32,364 nucleotides of DNA from an uncultured Candidatus Saccharibacteria bacterium (GTDB taxonomy: Bacteria; Patescibacteriota; Minisyncoccia; Ryanbacterales; CAYHZD01), in assembly GCA_964361035.1 (NCBI GenBank), contig CAYHZD010000003.1:1-32364 (forward strand), written 5' to 3'. This document shows, one piece after another, positions 1 through 8,546 of this stretch. Position 1 is the stretch's first letter, and each line of letters begins with the position of its first letter. The translations under genes and the position numbers were made by a program. A model generated the notes under the pieces. That model ran no database searches and was not told the DNA's origin. It was given only the letters and a program-made list of their open reading frames with translations.

Positions 1-56
1 GGGAGATTAAATCGGAGGTGTTGGGGGTGTGAGAAACTCCCCGACCCCTCATATAA

Positions 57-1994
57 TTAATTATTTTTGTCAACAAACATACGAAACCAGAGTTCGATAT
101 TGAGAATCATAAAAATTTTTTTGCCCCAGAAATCGTAGTCGAGCGGCTGTTGATTATTCATCAGCTTCTCGAGATTTGCAGTGTTGAAAATGCCGCGTCT
201 ACGGCTACGCTCGTCAAGGAGAATTTCTTTTGCGTATGCGGCAAGTCCTTGTTTCATCCACGCATCAAGCGGCACGGGAAATCCTAGTTTTTTGCGATCA
301 ACAATTTTAGAAGGCAGCAACGTGCGCGCGTAGCGGCGCAAAATATCCTTTGATTGATCAAGGCGTTCGGAAGCAGAAAAGCTCGTAGTAAAGAGCGCGC
401 GCGCTTTGTGCAGAGGCGAGCGCCAGCGCAATTTATAATACGAAGGAATGGTTGAGACAAATTCTACGAGCTCGTGGTCCACAAACGGCACGCGCGCTTC
501 CACGCTTGCCGCCATGCTCATGGCATCTAAGCGATCAAGCAGGCAGAGCAGATGGCGTTTTTCAAAAAGATAGAGCACCTGATCATACGGATCGCCATCT
601 TTTACTAAATCAAAATGCGCGGCCCATGCCTTTTTTTCTTGCTCATCATAGGCGAGCGCCTCATTGACTTCATCAGAAAAAAGCGACCATTTTTCTTTAA
701 AAGAAATCCAGTTATACACCGAAAATAGATGCTCCATGGCATTCGGGATCGCAAGCCACTGATCAGCATGGGTGCCGGCGCCAAGCGCGGCTATCACCGG
801 CTGTCGCATGCGTTGCGGCACATAGCGCTGAACAAACTGAATTTTTTTCCAATCCATCGGTGAACGTTGAACTCTGCCATAGCCGCCGAAAAGCTCATCG
901 GATCCCTCGCCGCTCAATGCCACCGTGACATATTTTTTTAATTCGCAAGAAAGTTGATAGAGCGCAATTTCATGCGGGATGGAAAGGGGCGCGTCTTTTA
1001 TGCGAATGACTTTTGGCAGAAGTTCCAAATAATTTTCCTGCGGAAGTAACAACGCATGGTGATTAGTGTCGCAATGGCGTGCGACGAATTGGGCCGCATC
1101 CGTTTCATTATATTTGTCTTCCGGAAATCCAATAGAAAACGTTTCAACGGGTGTAGGCGATATGCCGCTCATGAGGGCGGCCACGATGGAAGAATCAAGT
1201 CCGCCGGAAAGATACATGCCTATAGGCACATCGCTGATCATGCGGCGCTGCACCGCTTTTGTGAGCAGTTCGCCGATGCGTTCAAGATAGTAATATTCTC
1301 CGAAGTCTTCTTTACGTGCAAAAAAAGGAACATCCCAATATTTTGTAAGCGAAGCGCTGGTAGGAGTGACGACAAGATAATGGCCCGGCTCCAGACGCTT
1401 CATGTTTGCAAATACGGGTTGTGCGCCTTGCGGATAACGAAAGGTGAGATAAGAAGAAAGAGCTGAAAGCGAATGAGCGCGATCAAATTTTGGATGCGCG
1501 AGAATTGCTTTCATCTCGGAGCCGAACAATAGTTGGCCATCCACCCACGCGTAATAGAGGGGTTTTACGCCCAAGCGGTCGCGCGCGAATATTACTTTTT
1601 TCTGTTTTTGATCATAGAGCGCGTATGCGAACATACCACAAAAACGCTCCATACAGCGATCCCCCCATTCTTCATATGCATGTACGATCACTTCCGTATC
1701 TGATTTTGTTTTAAACACATGGTCTTTTGCCAAAAGTTGATTACGCAATTCTTGAAAATTATAAATCTCGCCATTAAAAACAACCCAAATGGTATTGTCT
1801 TCGTTGCTCATGGGCTGCTTGCCGCCGCCCAGATCAATGATTGAGAGCCGCCGAAACCCGAGGGCGACATGAGCATCACGAAAATAGCCGCTATCATCCG
1901 GCCCCCGATGTACCATGGTCTCGGTCATGGTTTTGAGCAGATTCTCGCTCACCGGCTCTTCTTTGAAGTTGATGCTTCCTGCAATACCGCACAT
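57..1994 (-). CDS. asnB: Asparagine synthase (glutamine-hydrolysing) family amidotransferase, AsnB-like. In a glycan locus it is probably a sugar-carboxylate amidotransferase.
   Basis: 645 aa. The N-terminus MCGIAG carries the Cys2 Ntn nucleophile of class-II glutamine amidotransferases. YLSGGLDSS is the PP-loop ATP-pyrophosphatase motif of the synthetase domain. ATG at 1994, TAA stop. Confidence 0.88.
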   Translation of the reverse strand: MCGIAGSINFKEEPVSENLLKTMTETMVHRGPDDSGYFRDAHVALGFRRLSIIDLGGGKQPMSNEDNTIWVVFNGEIYNFQELRNQLLAKDHVFKTKSDTEVIVHAYEEWGDRCMERFCGMFAYALYDQKQKKVIFARDRLGVKPLYYAWVDGQLLFGSEMKAILAHPKFDRAHSLSALSSYLTFRYPQGAQPVFANMKRLEPGHYLVVTPTSASLTKYWDVPFFARKEDFGEYYYLERIGELLTKAVQRRMISDVPIGMYLSGGLDSSIVAALMSGISPTPVETFSIGFPEDKYNETDAAQFVARHCDTNHHALLLPQENYLELLPKVIRIKDAPLSIPHEIALYQLSCELKKYVTVALSGEGSDELFGGYGRVQRSPMDWKKIQFVQRYVPQRMRQPVIAALGAGTHADQWLAIPNAMEHLFSVYNWISFKEKWSLFSDEVNEALAYDEQEKKAWAAHFDLVKDGDPYDQVLYLFEKRHLLCLLDRLDAMSMAASVEARVPFVDHELVEFVSTIPSYYKLRWRSPLHKARALFTTSFSASERLDQSKDILRRYARTLLPSKIVDRKKLGFPVPLDAWMKQGLAAYAKEILLDERSRRRGIFNTANLEKLMNNQQPLDYDFWGKKIFMILNIELWFRMFVDKNN

Positions 1995-2049
1995 ATACAG
2001 CTATAGCACATCATTTTTTCTTTTTTTTCAATGGCTGCCTAAAACATGC

Positions 2050-2078
2050 TTGCGAAGAGAACACAAATTTGGTATTAT
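2050..2078 (+). promoter_or_regulatory. Candidate sigma70-like promoter (-35 TTGCGA, 17-nt spacer, -10 TATTAT) placed 7 nt before ATG 2086. This would give a leaderless or near-leaderless mRNA.
   Basis: TTGCGA at 2050-2055, TATTAT at 2073-2078, ATG at 2086. No Shine-Dalgarno motif lies between them. This is the only non-coding gap (1995-2085) between the divergent asnB and the long plus-strand operon. Confidence 0.3.
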
Positions 2079-2085
2079 AAAAACT

Positions 2086-2295
2086 ATGATCGTGTTACTT
2101 TTGATGATGCCATTTTTAGCGCATGCATATCTGGATTTGGGATCTGGCAGTTATTTGATACAGATGCTCTTGGCGCTTGCGTTTGCGATTCCGTTGAGCA
2201 TGAAAGCATTTTGGCACAGGATTTTTTCGTTTTTCAGGCGTTCGAAACCAGCAGAGAAGTCCGAGGAGATTTCTCATTCCCATGAAAAACAATAG
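2086..2295 (+). CDS. Small (69 aa) membrane protein of unknown function
   Basis: Internal ATG of ORF 1915..2295. The upstream part of that ORF is antisense to asnB. Sequence MIVLLLMMPFLAHAYLDLGSGSYLIQMLLALAFAIPLSM... has two hydrophobic segments and a charged tail (RRSKPAEKSEEISHSHEKQ). It overlaps the next gene by 14 nt. Confidence 0.4.
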   Translation: MIVLLLMMPFLAHAYLDLGSGSYLIQMLLALAFAIPLSMKAFWHRIFSFFRRSKPAEKSEEISHSHEKQ

Positions 2296-3634
2296 TAATC
2301 TTCCCAGCTCCTTCCGTGATCCGAGCGGGTTTTTGTTTTGGCGCGATGGCACGCTTTTCCGCCACATTAATAAAAGCTACCGAGAAGATTACCGGATGCT
2401 GATGGATTCCGGTTTCTACGCGCGTCTTATCAAAAAAAATATTCTTATTCCGCACACTGAAATCGATGACCATACGATTAAGCCCGAAATCATCCCGTTT
2501 ATTTCTTATCCGTATGAATGGTGTTTCAGTCAGCTCAAAGAAGCCGCTCTCACCACACTTGCAATTCAAAAAGAAGCACTTGCCACCGGCATGATCTTAA
2601 AAGATGCGAGCGCTTTTAATATCCAATTTTTGCACGGCAAACCAGTTTTTATAGATACACTTTCCTTTGAACGCTATCGTGAGGGCGAGCCATGGATGGG
2701 ATATCGGCAGTTCTGTCAGCATTTTTTGGCTCCTTTGGCGCTCATGGCCTACCGCGATGTACGCCTTAACACGTTATCGCGTATATTTCTCGATGGCGTT
2801 CCGCTTGATTTGGCGACAAGACTGCTTCCTTGGACGAGCATGCTGCATCCCGCGCTTCTCATTCACCTTCATCTGCATGCGAAAAGTCATGGATATGTTA
2901 TTTCTAAGCCCTTGGAGGGCCGGCGCATGAGCGCGATGAATCGCGCAACATTGTTGCGTCTTACTGAACATCTTGAAGCGGCTATTATGCGTCTCGCATG
3001 GAAACCGAAGGGCACAGAATGGGCGAATTATTATGAGGAGACTAATTATTCGGATCAAGCCATGCGGGAGAAAGCTGATTTTGTTGCCAGATGTCTTGAT
3101 AAGATTGCGCCCAAGACAGTATGGGATTTTGGAGCGAATACCGGATTTTTCAGTCGGCTGGCGAGTGGTAAAAATATTATGACTATTTCGTTTGATAACG
3201 ATCCGGCTGCGGTAGAAAAAAATTATCAGGAGGTTCGCAAAAATAATGAGGCGTGTCTTCTTCCTCTCATTATTGATCTTATGAACCCAAGTCCCGCTCT
3301 TGGCTGGGGCAATCAAGAGCGCATGACCTTTTTGCAAAGGGGTCCCTGCGATACGGCGCTTGCCTTAGCGCTCATCCATCATCTGGCCATTTCAAACAAT
3401 TTGCCGTTTGAATCAATCGCGGAATTTTTTGCTTCGGTATGCACATCGCTTATCATTGAGTTTGTGCCCAAAGAAGATTCCAACACCCGGCGTTTGCTTG
3501 TGGCCCGCAAGGATATTTTTTTCGGCTACACGCGATCAGCGTTTGAAGAGGCATTCGAAAAATATTTTACTGTCAAAGAAATCGCCTCCCTCGGCGACTC
3601 TCAACGCCTCCTTTACTGTATGGTGAAGCGATGA
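2282..3634 (+). CDS. Two-domain protein: a conserved N-terminal domain of unknown function (about 250 aa) fused to a class I SAM-dependent methyltransferase
   Basis: C-terminal half has SAM motif I VWDFGANTGFFSRLA, then an acidic residue in ISFDNDP and IIDLMNPSP (post-I and II motifs). N-terminal half carries SFRDPSGFLF, ISYPYEW, LKDASAFNIQF and FIDTLSF. Confidence 0.75.
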   Translation: MKNNSNLPSSFRDPSGFLFWRDGTLFRHINKSYREDYRMLMDSGFYARLIKKNILIPHTEIDDHTIKPEIIPFISYPYEWCFSQLKEAALTTLAIQKEALATGMILKDASAFNIQFLHGKPVFIDTLSFERYREGEPWMGYRQFCQHFLAPLALMAYRDVRLNTLSRIFLDGVPLDLATRLLPWTSMLHPALLIHLHLHAKSHGYVISKPLEGRRMSAMNRATLLRLTEHLEAAIMRLAWKPKGTEWANYYEETNYSDQAMREKADFVARCLDKIAPKTVWDFGANTGFFSRLASGKNIMTISFDNDPAAVEKNYQEVRKNNEACLLPLIIDLMNPSPALGWGNQERMTFLQRGPCDTALALALIHHLAISNNLPFESIAEFFASVCTSLIIEFVPKEDSNTRRLLVARKDIFFGYTRSAFEEAFEKYFTVKEIASLGDSQRLLYCMVKR

Positions 3635-3646
3635 TATACCACACAT

Positions 3647-5128
3647 ATGCTCCATCCGTTTCTTTTTGCGCTTGCGCCGGTGCTGTTTCTTTTTGCGCAT
3701 AATGTTGATCAGATAGTGATTGCCGATATTGTACTTTCGGCGGCAATCACGCTTACCATTGCCGCACTGGTATTCCTATTCTTTTTTGTCGTCTATCGTA
3801 CCATCCGTAAAGCGGCGATTGCCACTTCGCTTTTCCTTCTGCTTTTTTTTGCGTACGCAAATCTCTTTCCTTTCAAGGAAGAATATGGTATCCGTCAGCG
3901 TTATTTAATCGCCGGATTTTTTATTCCGCTCTTCACGGGACTTTGGTTTTTATGGATCACCTCGCGTCCGCTTACGGGTACTACACGATTTCTTACGATA
4001 TTCGCAACGATATTTCTTTTCCTTTCGTTGGTGCCCATTGGCACCTTTACTGCCCGCCGATTGTGGGTGGAGCGCGCAGCATCAGAAGCGCCGGAGTTTG
4101 CGAGCATGTCTTCCGCCGATACAAAACCGGACATTTATTATTTTCTTGTGGACGGCTACGCGAGTCAGTGGGAACTTAAAAATTTCTACGGCAATGATAA
4201 TGGCGAGTTTATCGGCTATCTTGCCGATAAAGGTTTTTATGTAGTGCCGGAGAGCCGCAGCAATTATGCAAAAACAGAATTTTCGCTTCCTGCCATTTTA
4301 AATTTTGACTATCTGGAAGCATTAAGCGCGGGCGGCATTGTTTCAGCAGAGACCACAAACACCGATCGACTTCTTCAGGACCATGCGGTCGGACGATTTT
4401 TGAAATCGCAAGGATACACGTACATTCATTTTGGCTCCTGGTGGGACGCCACTTACAAAAACCACTATGCCGATATCAATGTTAATAAAGGATATATGCC
4501 GGAATTCCCACAGATACTGTATAAAAGTATCGAGCCATTTTTGCCATGGAAACCGGCATTTCTTGATGTGCGCCGCCTGCAGTGGACTCGCGCCTTTTAT
4601 CAATTTGACGAACTGGCGAAGGTACCCGCGCGCAAAGAACCAACGTTCACTTTTGTGCATTTTATTACCCATTCGCCGTTCGTGTTTCATCAGGATGGAC
4701 GTTTTGTAGAAGAAGAAGCCAGTGGGGTTACTGAACAAGGAAGGGCACAATATCTCGGCCAGCTTCTCTTTTTGAATCAAAAATTAGTCACCCTCATTGA
4801 GACTATTGTGCGAGAATCGACAACACCGCCCGTTATGGTGATTGAATCCGATCATGGATCGCGAGATACCGTAGGTGAAGAAGTTACCGATGTGCGCCAT
4901 TTTTCCGATGAATATTTACAAAGGCGTTTGCGCAATTTCAGCGCATTCTATCTGCCTTACGGCGATGCCGTGCTCTATTCCACCATTACCTCCGTTAACA
5001 CGTTTCGTGTTATATTTAATACGTTCTTTGGAACTCATTACGAAATACTTCCCGATAGAAGCTTTATTACGCTCCCTGGTAAGCATTATGATGTTATCGA
5101 CGTAACCAATCGCGTTCTCTATGAATAA
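3647..5128 (+). CDS. Membrane-anchored alkaline-phosphatase-superfamily (sulfatase-fold) protein, EptA/LtaS/BcsG-like phospho-substituent transferase candidate (paralog 1)
   Basis: About 5 N-terminal hydrophobic helices (aa 1-150), then PDIYYFLVDGYAS, SNYAKTEFSLPAIL, KEPTFTFVHFITHSPF and MVIESDHGS. This Asp / Thr / His / Asp-His constellation is typical of the AP superfamily. There is no C/S-x-P-x-R formylglycine motif. Confidence 0.72.
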   Translation: MLHPFLFALAPVLFLFAHNVDQIVIADIVLSAAITLTIAALVFLFFFVVYRTIRKAAIATSLFLLLFFAYANLFPFKEEYGIRQRYLIAGFFIPLFTGLWFLWITSRPLTGTTRFLTIFATIFLFLSLVPIGTFTARRLWVERAASEAPEFASMSSADTKPDIYYFLVDGYASQWELKNFYGNDNGEFIGYLADKGFYVVPESRSNYAKTEFSLPAILNFDYLEALSAGGIVSAETTNTDRLLQDHAVGRFLKSQGYTYIHFGSWWDATYKNHYADINVNKGYMPEFPQILYKSIEPFLPWKPAFLDVRRLQWTRAFYQFDELAKVPARKEPTFTFVHFITHSPFVFHQDGRFVEEEASGVTEQGRAQYLGQLLFLNQKLVTLIETIVRESTTPPVMVIESDHGSRDTVGEEVTDVRHFSDEYLQRRLRNFSAFYLPYGDAVLYSTITSVNTFRVIFNTFFGTHYEILPDRSFITLPGKHYDVIDVTNRVLYE

Positions 5129-6680
5129 ATTTTTTGTTTTGTCTCACCCTGTTTTTGTCGCGCTCTTTTTTTTGCTCGCGCTTTTTGCGCACAATCGCGA
5201 ACAGGTTTTGTATCGTGATTTAATTACCCCGCTTCTTATTACGGGAGCTTTTATTATTGTGGCATGGGTGTTTTTTTTGTTGCTTTTCCGGAAGAATATG
5301 GAAAAAATTGCGCTTGCAACAAGTTTTCTTCTTCTTTTCTTTTTTGCGTATGGCCACGCGTTTGATCCGGGTGGCCAAGGGAGTTACTGGATACGCCAGC
5401 GTTATTTTTTCCCGCTTTGGACGCTTTTTTTTGCCGGAGGCATAAGCGTGCTTTTTTTTACGCGCCGCGATTTAAGAAAATTTTCAATCGGAATCACGCT
5501 CGTTGTCCTTGGCATGAATGCGGTATCGTCGGTAACCCTTGCGCGTTACGAGATAGGTGAAAACCATCCTTTGGTCTCTCCCATCGATCCGTCTGATGTT
5601 GATTGGCAAAAAGCAGTCGCAAACAAAGAAGCGCTTCCCGATATTTATTATATTTTGCCGGATGCCTATTCCAGCACATGGGCGCTAAGAGAATTTTACG
5701 ATTATGACAATAGCGCCTTTGAGGATTTTTTAAAAGAAAGGGAATTTTATGTCGTGCCCAAAAGCCGAAGCAATTATAGCGGCACGGCATTCACCCTGCC
5801 TTCTCTTTTGAATCTTGAGTATTTAGACACACTAAGCGTCAACGGCGTGATGTCACGCGCGAACACCAATCCGCGCCGTCTTATTGCGGAAAATCGTGTG
5901 GGTCCGTTTTTGCAGGCGCTCGGTTACACGTATATACATCTCGGTGCGATATGGGAAGGAGATTTTCGCGTGCCGCAGGCAGATGAAAATATTAACAAAG
6001 GATTGATGTCAGAGTTTCTGCTTAATTTATTTAAGAAAACGGTTATCTATCCCTTTGCGTATCATTACAATTTTCTTGATGACCGTTATGTTACATGGGA
6101 ACGCATGCGTTATCAGTTCGATGAAGTTGCAAAGATCCCGAGACGTAAAGAGCCTACATTTACTTTTTTCCATCTCGGTGCGCCGCATGGGCCGCAAGTA
6201 TTCTATGCGGACGGTTCGTTTATTGAATCCATTGAGCCATCTTTGCGCGGCGATCTTGATGACGAGAATGTAAAAAATCCCGCATTGCAGAAAAAATATT
6301 ATCCAGGCCAGTTAACATACGTGACAAAACGCCTCCAAGAGCTCGTGAAAATTATTTTGGAAAACTCTGATACGCCGCCAATTATTATTATTCAATCTGA
6401 TCACGGCTCTAGTCTTTTCTCGCGTGCTGATCCGAATTACCGTCGTAATCGGCTTAAAAATTTTAGCGCGTATTATCTGCCTTATGGAGGAGATGCTTTG
6501 CTTTGGGAAGATATTACGCCCGTTAACACGTTTCGCGTCATATTTAATCACTATTTCGGCATGAATTTTGAAATGCTTCCCGATTTGAGCTTCGCTCTTG
6601 CTTCTCAAGATGAAGTGTTGCATCCTGATTGGGCATTCATGAATGTAACCGAAGAAGTAGCGGATGATTATAAAAAATAA
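5121..6680 (+). CDS. Membrane-anchored alkaline-phosphatase-superfamily protein (paralog 2)
   Basis: Collinear with 3647..5128: ALFAHNREQ in TM1, about 5 TM helices, PDIYYILPDAYSS, SNYSGTAFTLPSLL, KEPTFTFFHLGAPHGP, IIIQSDHGS, LKNFSAYYLPYG, ITPVNTFRVIFN. The start overlaps the upstream stop (ATGAATAA). Confidence 0.72.
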   Translation: MNKFFVLSHPVFVALFFLLALFAHNREQVLYRDLITPLLITGAFIIVAWVFFLLLFRKNMEKIALATSFLLLFFFAYGHAFDPGGQGSYWIRQRYFFPLWTLFFAGGISVLFFTRRDLRKFSIGITLVVLGMNAVSSVTLARYEIGENHPLVSPIDPSDVDWQKAVANKEALPDIYYILPDAYSSTWALREFYDYDNSAFEDFLKEREFYVVPKSRSNYSGTAFTLPSLLNLEYLDTLSVNGVMSRANTNPRRLIAENRVGPFLQALGYTYIHLGAIWEGDFRVPQADENINKGLMSEFLLNLFKKTVIYPFAYHYNFLDDRYVTWERMRYQFDEVAKIPRRKEPTFTFFHLGAPHGPQVFYADGSFIESIEPSLRGDLDDENVKNPALQKKYYPGQLTYVTKRLQELVKIILENSDTPPIIIIQSDHGSSLFSRADPNYRRNRLKNFSAYYLPYGGDALLWEDITPVNTFRVIFNHYFGMNFEMLPDLSFALASQDEVLHPDWAFMNVTEEVADDYKK

Positions 6681-7953
6681 TATCATGACGCGATTTTTTT
6701 TGCCTTTTCTCGAACGTTTTCTGCGCACCGATGTTCGCTACCTTCTTAAAGGCACATTTTGGTTGAGTATAAGCCGCGTGTTGGGCATGGGAGTCGCATT
6801 CGGGCTTTCGGTGCTTTATGCCCGTTATCTTCCCAAAGAACTTTATGGTAATTTTCGTTATATTATGAGTATAGCGGGAGCGCTCGGCATTTTTGCTTTG
6901 CCGGGGATGGCTACTATCATTATGCGCAGTGTCGCGCGCGGGTTTGAAGGAACATTCCGCCGCGGTTCGCTTCTCATCTTTTTTGCTTCCTTCGGTATTT
7001 CTGTTATTAGTATCGGTATCGCCGTGTGGTTTTATGCGCATGGCAATAGCGCGTTTGCGGCGGGATTTCTCATTACAGGCCTTTTAGTGCCTTTCGCGGA
7101 AGGTTTAGGAAACTGGCGCGCGTATTTTGACGGCAGAAAAGAATTTCAGAAAAAGACGGGATTTAATATCGTATCAAATCTTTTTTACGGCATAGTGATG
7201 GGGAGTACGATCGCCTTTATCATTGCATTTGACACAGATTCTTTTGCAGTGCTCGTTTTTCTTGTTGCCGCCTACTTTCTCGGTCACGGAATTCCCAACA
7301 TTATTGCATATCGTTCTACGTTAAGAATAATATCAAAACAAGCGCCGATTGAACCGGGAGCGATTCGCTACGGATTTCATTTAAGTTTTCTTGAAGCTCC
7401 CGCGACCATTGCGAATTATCTCGATGGTGTTTTGCTCTACCAACTTTTGGGGCCGGCAAGTCTCGCCGTCTATTCATTTGCATTGGCACCCACCGAACAG
7501 ATGAAAGGATTTTTGGGGTTGAGTGCCACCGTGGCGGCTCCAAAACTTTTTGTGCGTACTGCGACACGCGAAGAGACTGCCGAACTCAAGCGCACTCTCA
7601 CCTTCAAAATTTTGCGTTCCGTATTTTTTACTGCTTTCCTCGTAGGATTCTATATCATGCTTGCTCCGTGGTTTTATCGAACATTTTTTCCTGCCTATCA
7701 AGAAGCTATTTTGTTTTCTCAAATTCTCTCTCTTTCGTTGCTCCTTTTCCCTCTCGGACTTTTTAATACGGCACTCAAAGCGGAAGGCGATTTAAGAAAG
7801 ATATATATATATCAACTCTGCGCTCCTTTTGTTCAAATTATTGCTTTCGTGATCCTTATCCCCTTTTTTGGCATTTGGGGGGCAGTCATAGGACGCCTCT
7901 TCGGTCGATTCGTTACTTACTTTTTAGCCCTTTTCCTTTTTATATGGCCATAA
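6664..7953 (+). CDS. Wzx-like oligo/polysaccharide flippase (MOP/PST family polysaccharide biosynthesis protein)
   Basis: 429 aa and polytopic (about 12 hydrophobic helices). The N-terminal signature LLKGTFWLSISRVLGMGVAFGLSVLYARYLPKELYGNF is typical of PST-family flippases. An alternative start lies at 6685. Confidence 0.7.
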   Translation: MIIKNNIMTRFFLPFLERFLRTDVRYLLKGTFWLSISRVLGMGVAFGLSVLYARYLPKELYGNFRYIMSIAGALGIFALPGMATIIMRSVARGFEGTFRRGSLLIFFASFGISVISIGIAVWFYAHGNSAFAAGFLITGLLVPFAEGLGNWRAYFDGRKEFQKKTGFNIVSNLFYGIVMGSTIAFIIAFDTDSFAVLVFLVAAYFLGHGIPNIIAYRSTLRIISKQAPIEPGAIRYGFHLSFLEAPATIANYLDGVLLYQLLGPASLAVYSFALAPTEQMKGFLGLSATVAAPKLFVRTATREETAELKRTLTFKILRSVFFTAFLVGFYIMLAPWFYRTFFPAYQEAILFSQILSLSLLLFPLGLFNTALKAEGDLRKIYIYQLCAPFVQIIAFVILIPFFGIWGAVIGRLFGRFVTYFLALFLFIWP

Positions 7954-8546
7954 CAACGCGTTATGATTCAAAGCGGCGGTTTATCAGCTACTGGCATCAA
8001 ATTGATGAGGTTTTGACATGTGAACCGCAACACATGCTTGATGTGGGAGTCGGCACCGGATTTTTATCTCGATATTTACGCGCATTGGACATTGCAGTGA
8101 CAACGGTAGACATCGATAAAGAACGCAAGCCCGATATCGTGGCTTCAGTTACGGCATTACCTTGCTCTGATAATGTATTTGACATGGTTACCGCTTTTGA
8201 GGTACTTGAGCATATGCCCTATGAAGAATCGCTGCAAAGTATGCGGGAGCTCCATCGCGTAAGTTCTCACTGGGTTCTCATCTCGCTTCCGGATGCAACG
8301 CGTTATTTCCGTCTCGAAGTCCCTATCCCCAAAATCGGCAAATGGAAGCGGCTTTATACGATCTCTCTTTGTCATCCGGAGCGACACAAGATGGGCGAGG
8401 AAGGACACTATTGGGAGATTGGCAAAGCAGGATACCCGCTTGCGCGGATTATACAAGATATGGAAACAACGGGGTTTGCAATTAAAAAAAAGTATCGTGT
8501 ATTTGAAAATCCATATCACCATTTTTTTGTCTTGCAGAAGATATGA
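7944..8546 (+). CDS. Class I SAM-dependent methyltransferase (small, Methyltransf_11-like)
   Basis: ATG 7944 (MAITTRYDSK...). The track ORF begins at a TTG at 7875 inside the flippase gene. Motif I is MLDVGVGTGFLSRYL. VTAFEVLEHMP is the post-III region. There is a 10-nt overlap with the upstream gene and an ATGA overlap with the downstream gene. Confidence 0.8.
   Translation: MAITTRYDSKRRFISYWHQIDEVLTCEPQHMLDVGVGTGFLSRYLRALDIAVTTVDIDKERKPDIVASVTALPCSDNVFDMVTAFEVLEHMPYEESLQSMRELHRVSSHWVLISLPDATRYFRLEVPIPKIGKWKRLYTISLCHPERHKMGEEGHYWEIGKAGYPLARIIQDMETTGFAIKKKYRVFENPYHHFFVLQKI

Noticed and set aside
1-56. Possible terminator or RNA gene downstream of asnB at the window edge
   Set aside because: Only a weak G-rich/C-rich pairing (GGGG...CCCC) is present, with no U-tract. 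There are no tRNA-like T-loop or acceptor features, and too little sequence is visible to judge.
57-2295. AsnB homolog next to a small ORF as a possible lasso-peptide (cyclase + precursor) pair
   Set aside because: The AsnB protein keeps an intact Cys2 glutaminase domain (MCGIAG) and full length, which is typical of true amidotransferases. No transglutaminase-like leader protease or RRE is present. The small ORF is a hydrophobic membrane protein on the opposite strand, heading a glycan operon.
7801-7812. (AT)6 dinucleotide run inside the flippase gene as a phase-variation switch
   Set aside because: Six units is short for efficient slipped-strand mispairing. It simply encodes KIYIYQ in a loop, and there is no supporting evidence for ON/OFF variants from a single sequence.
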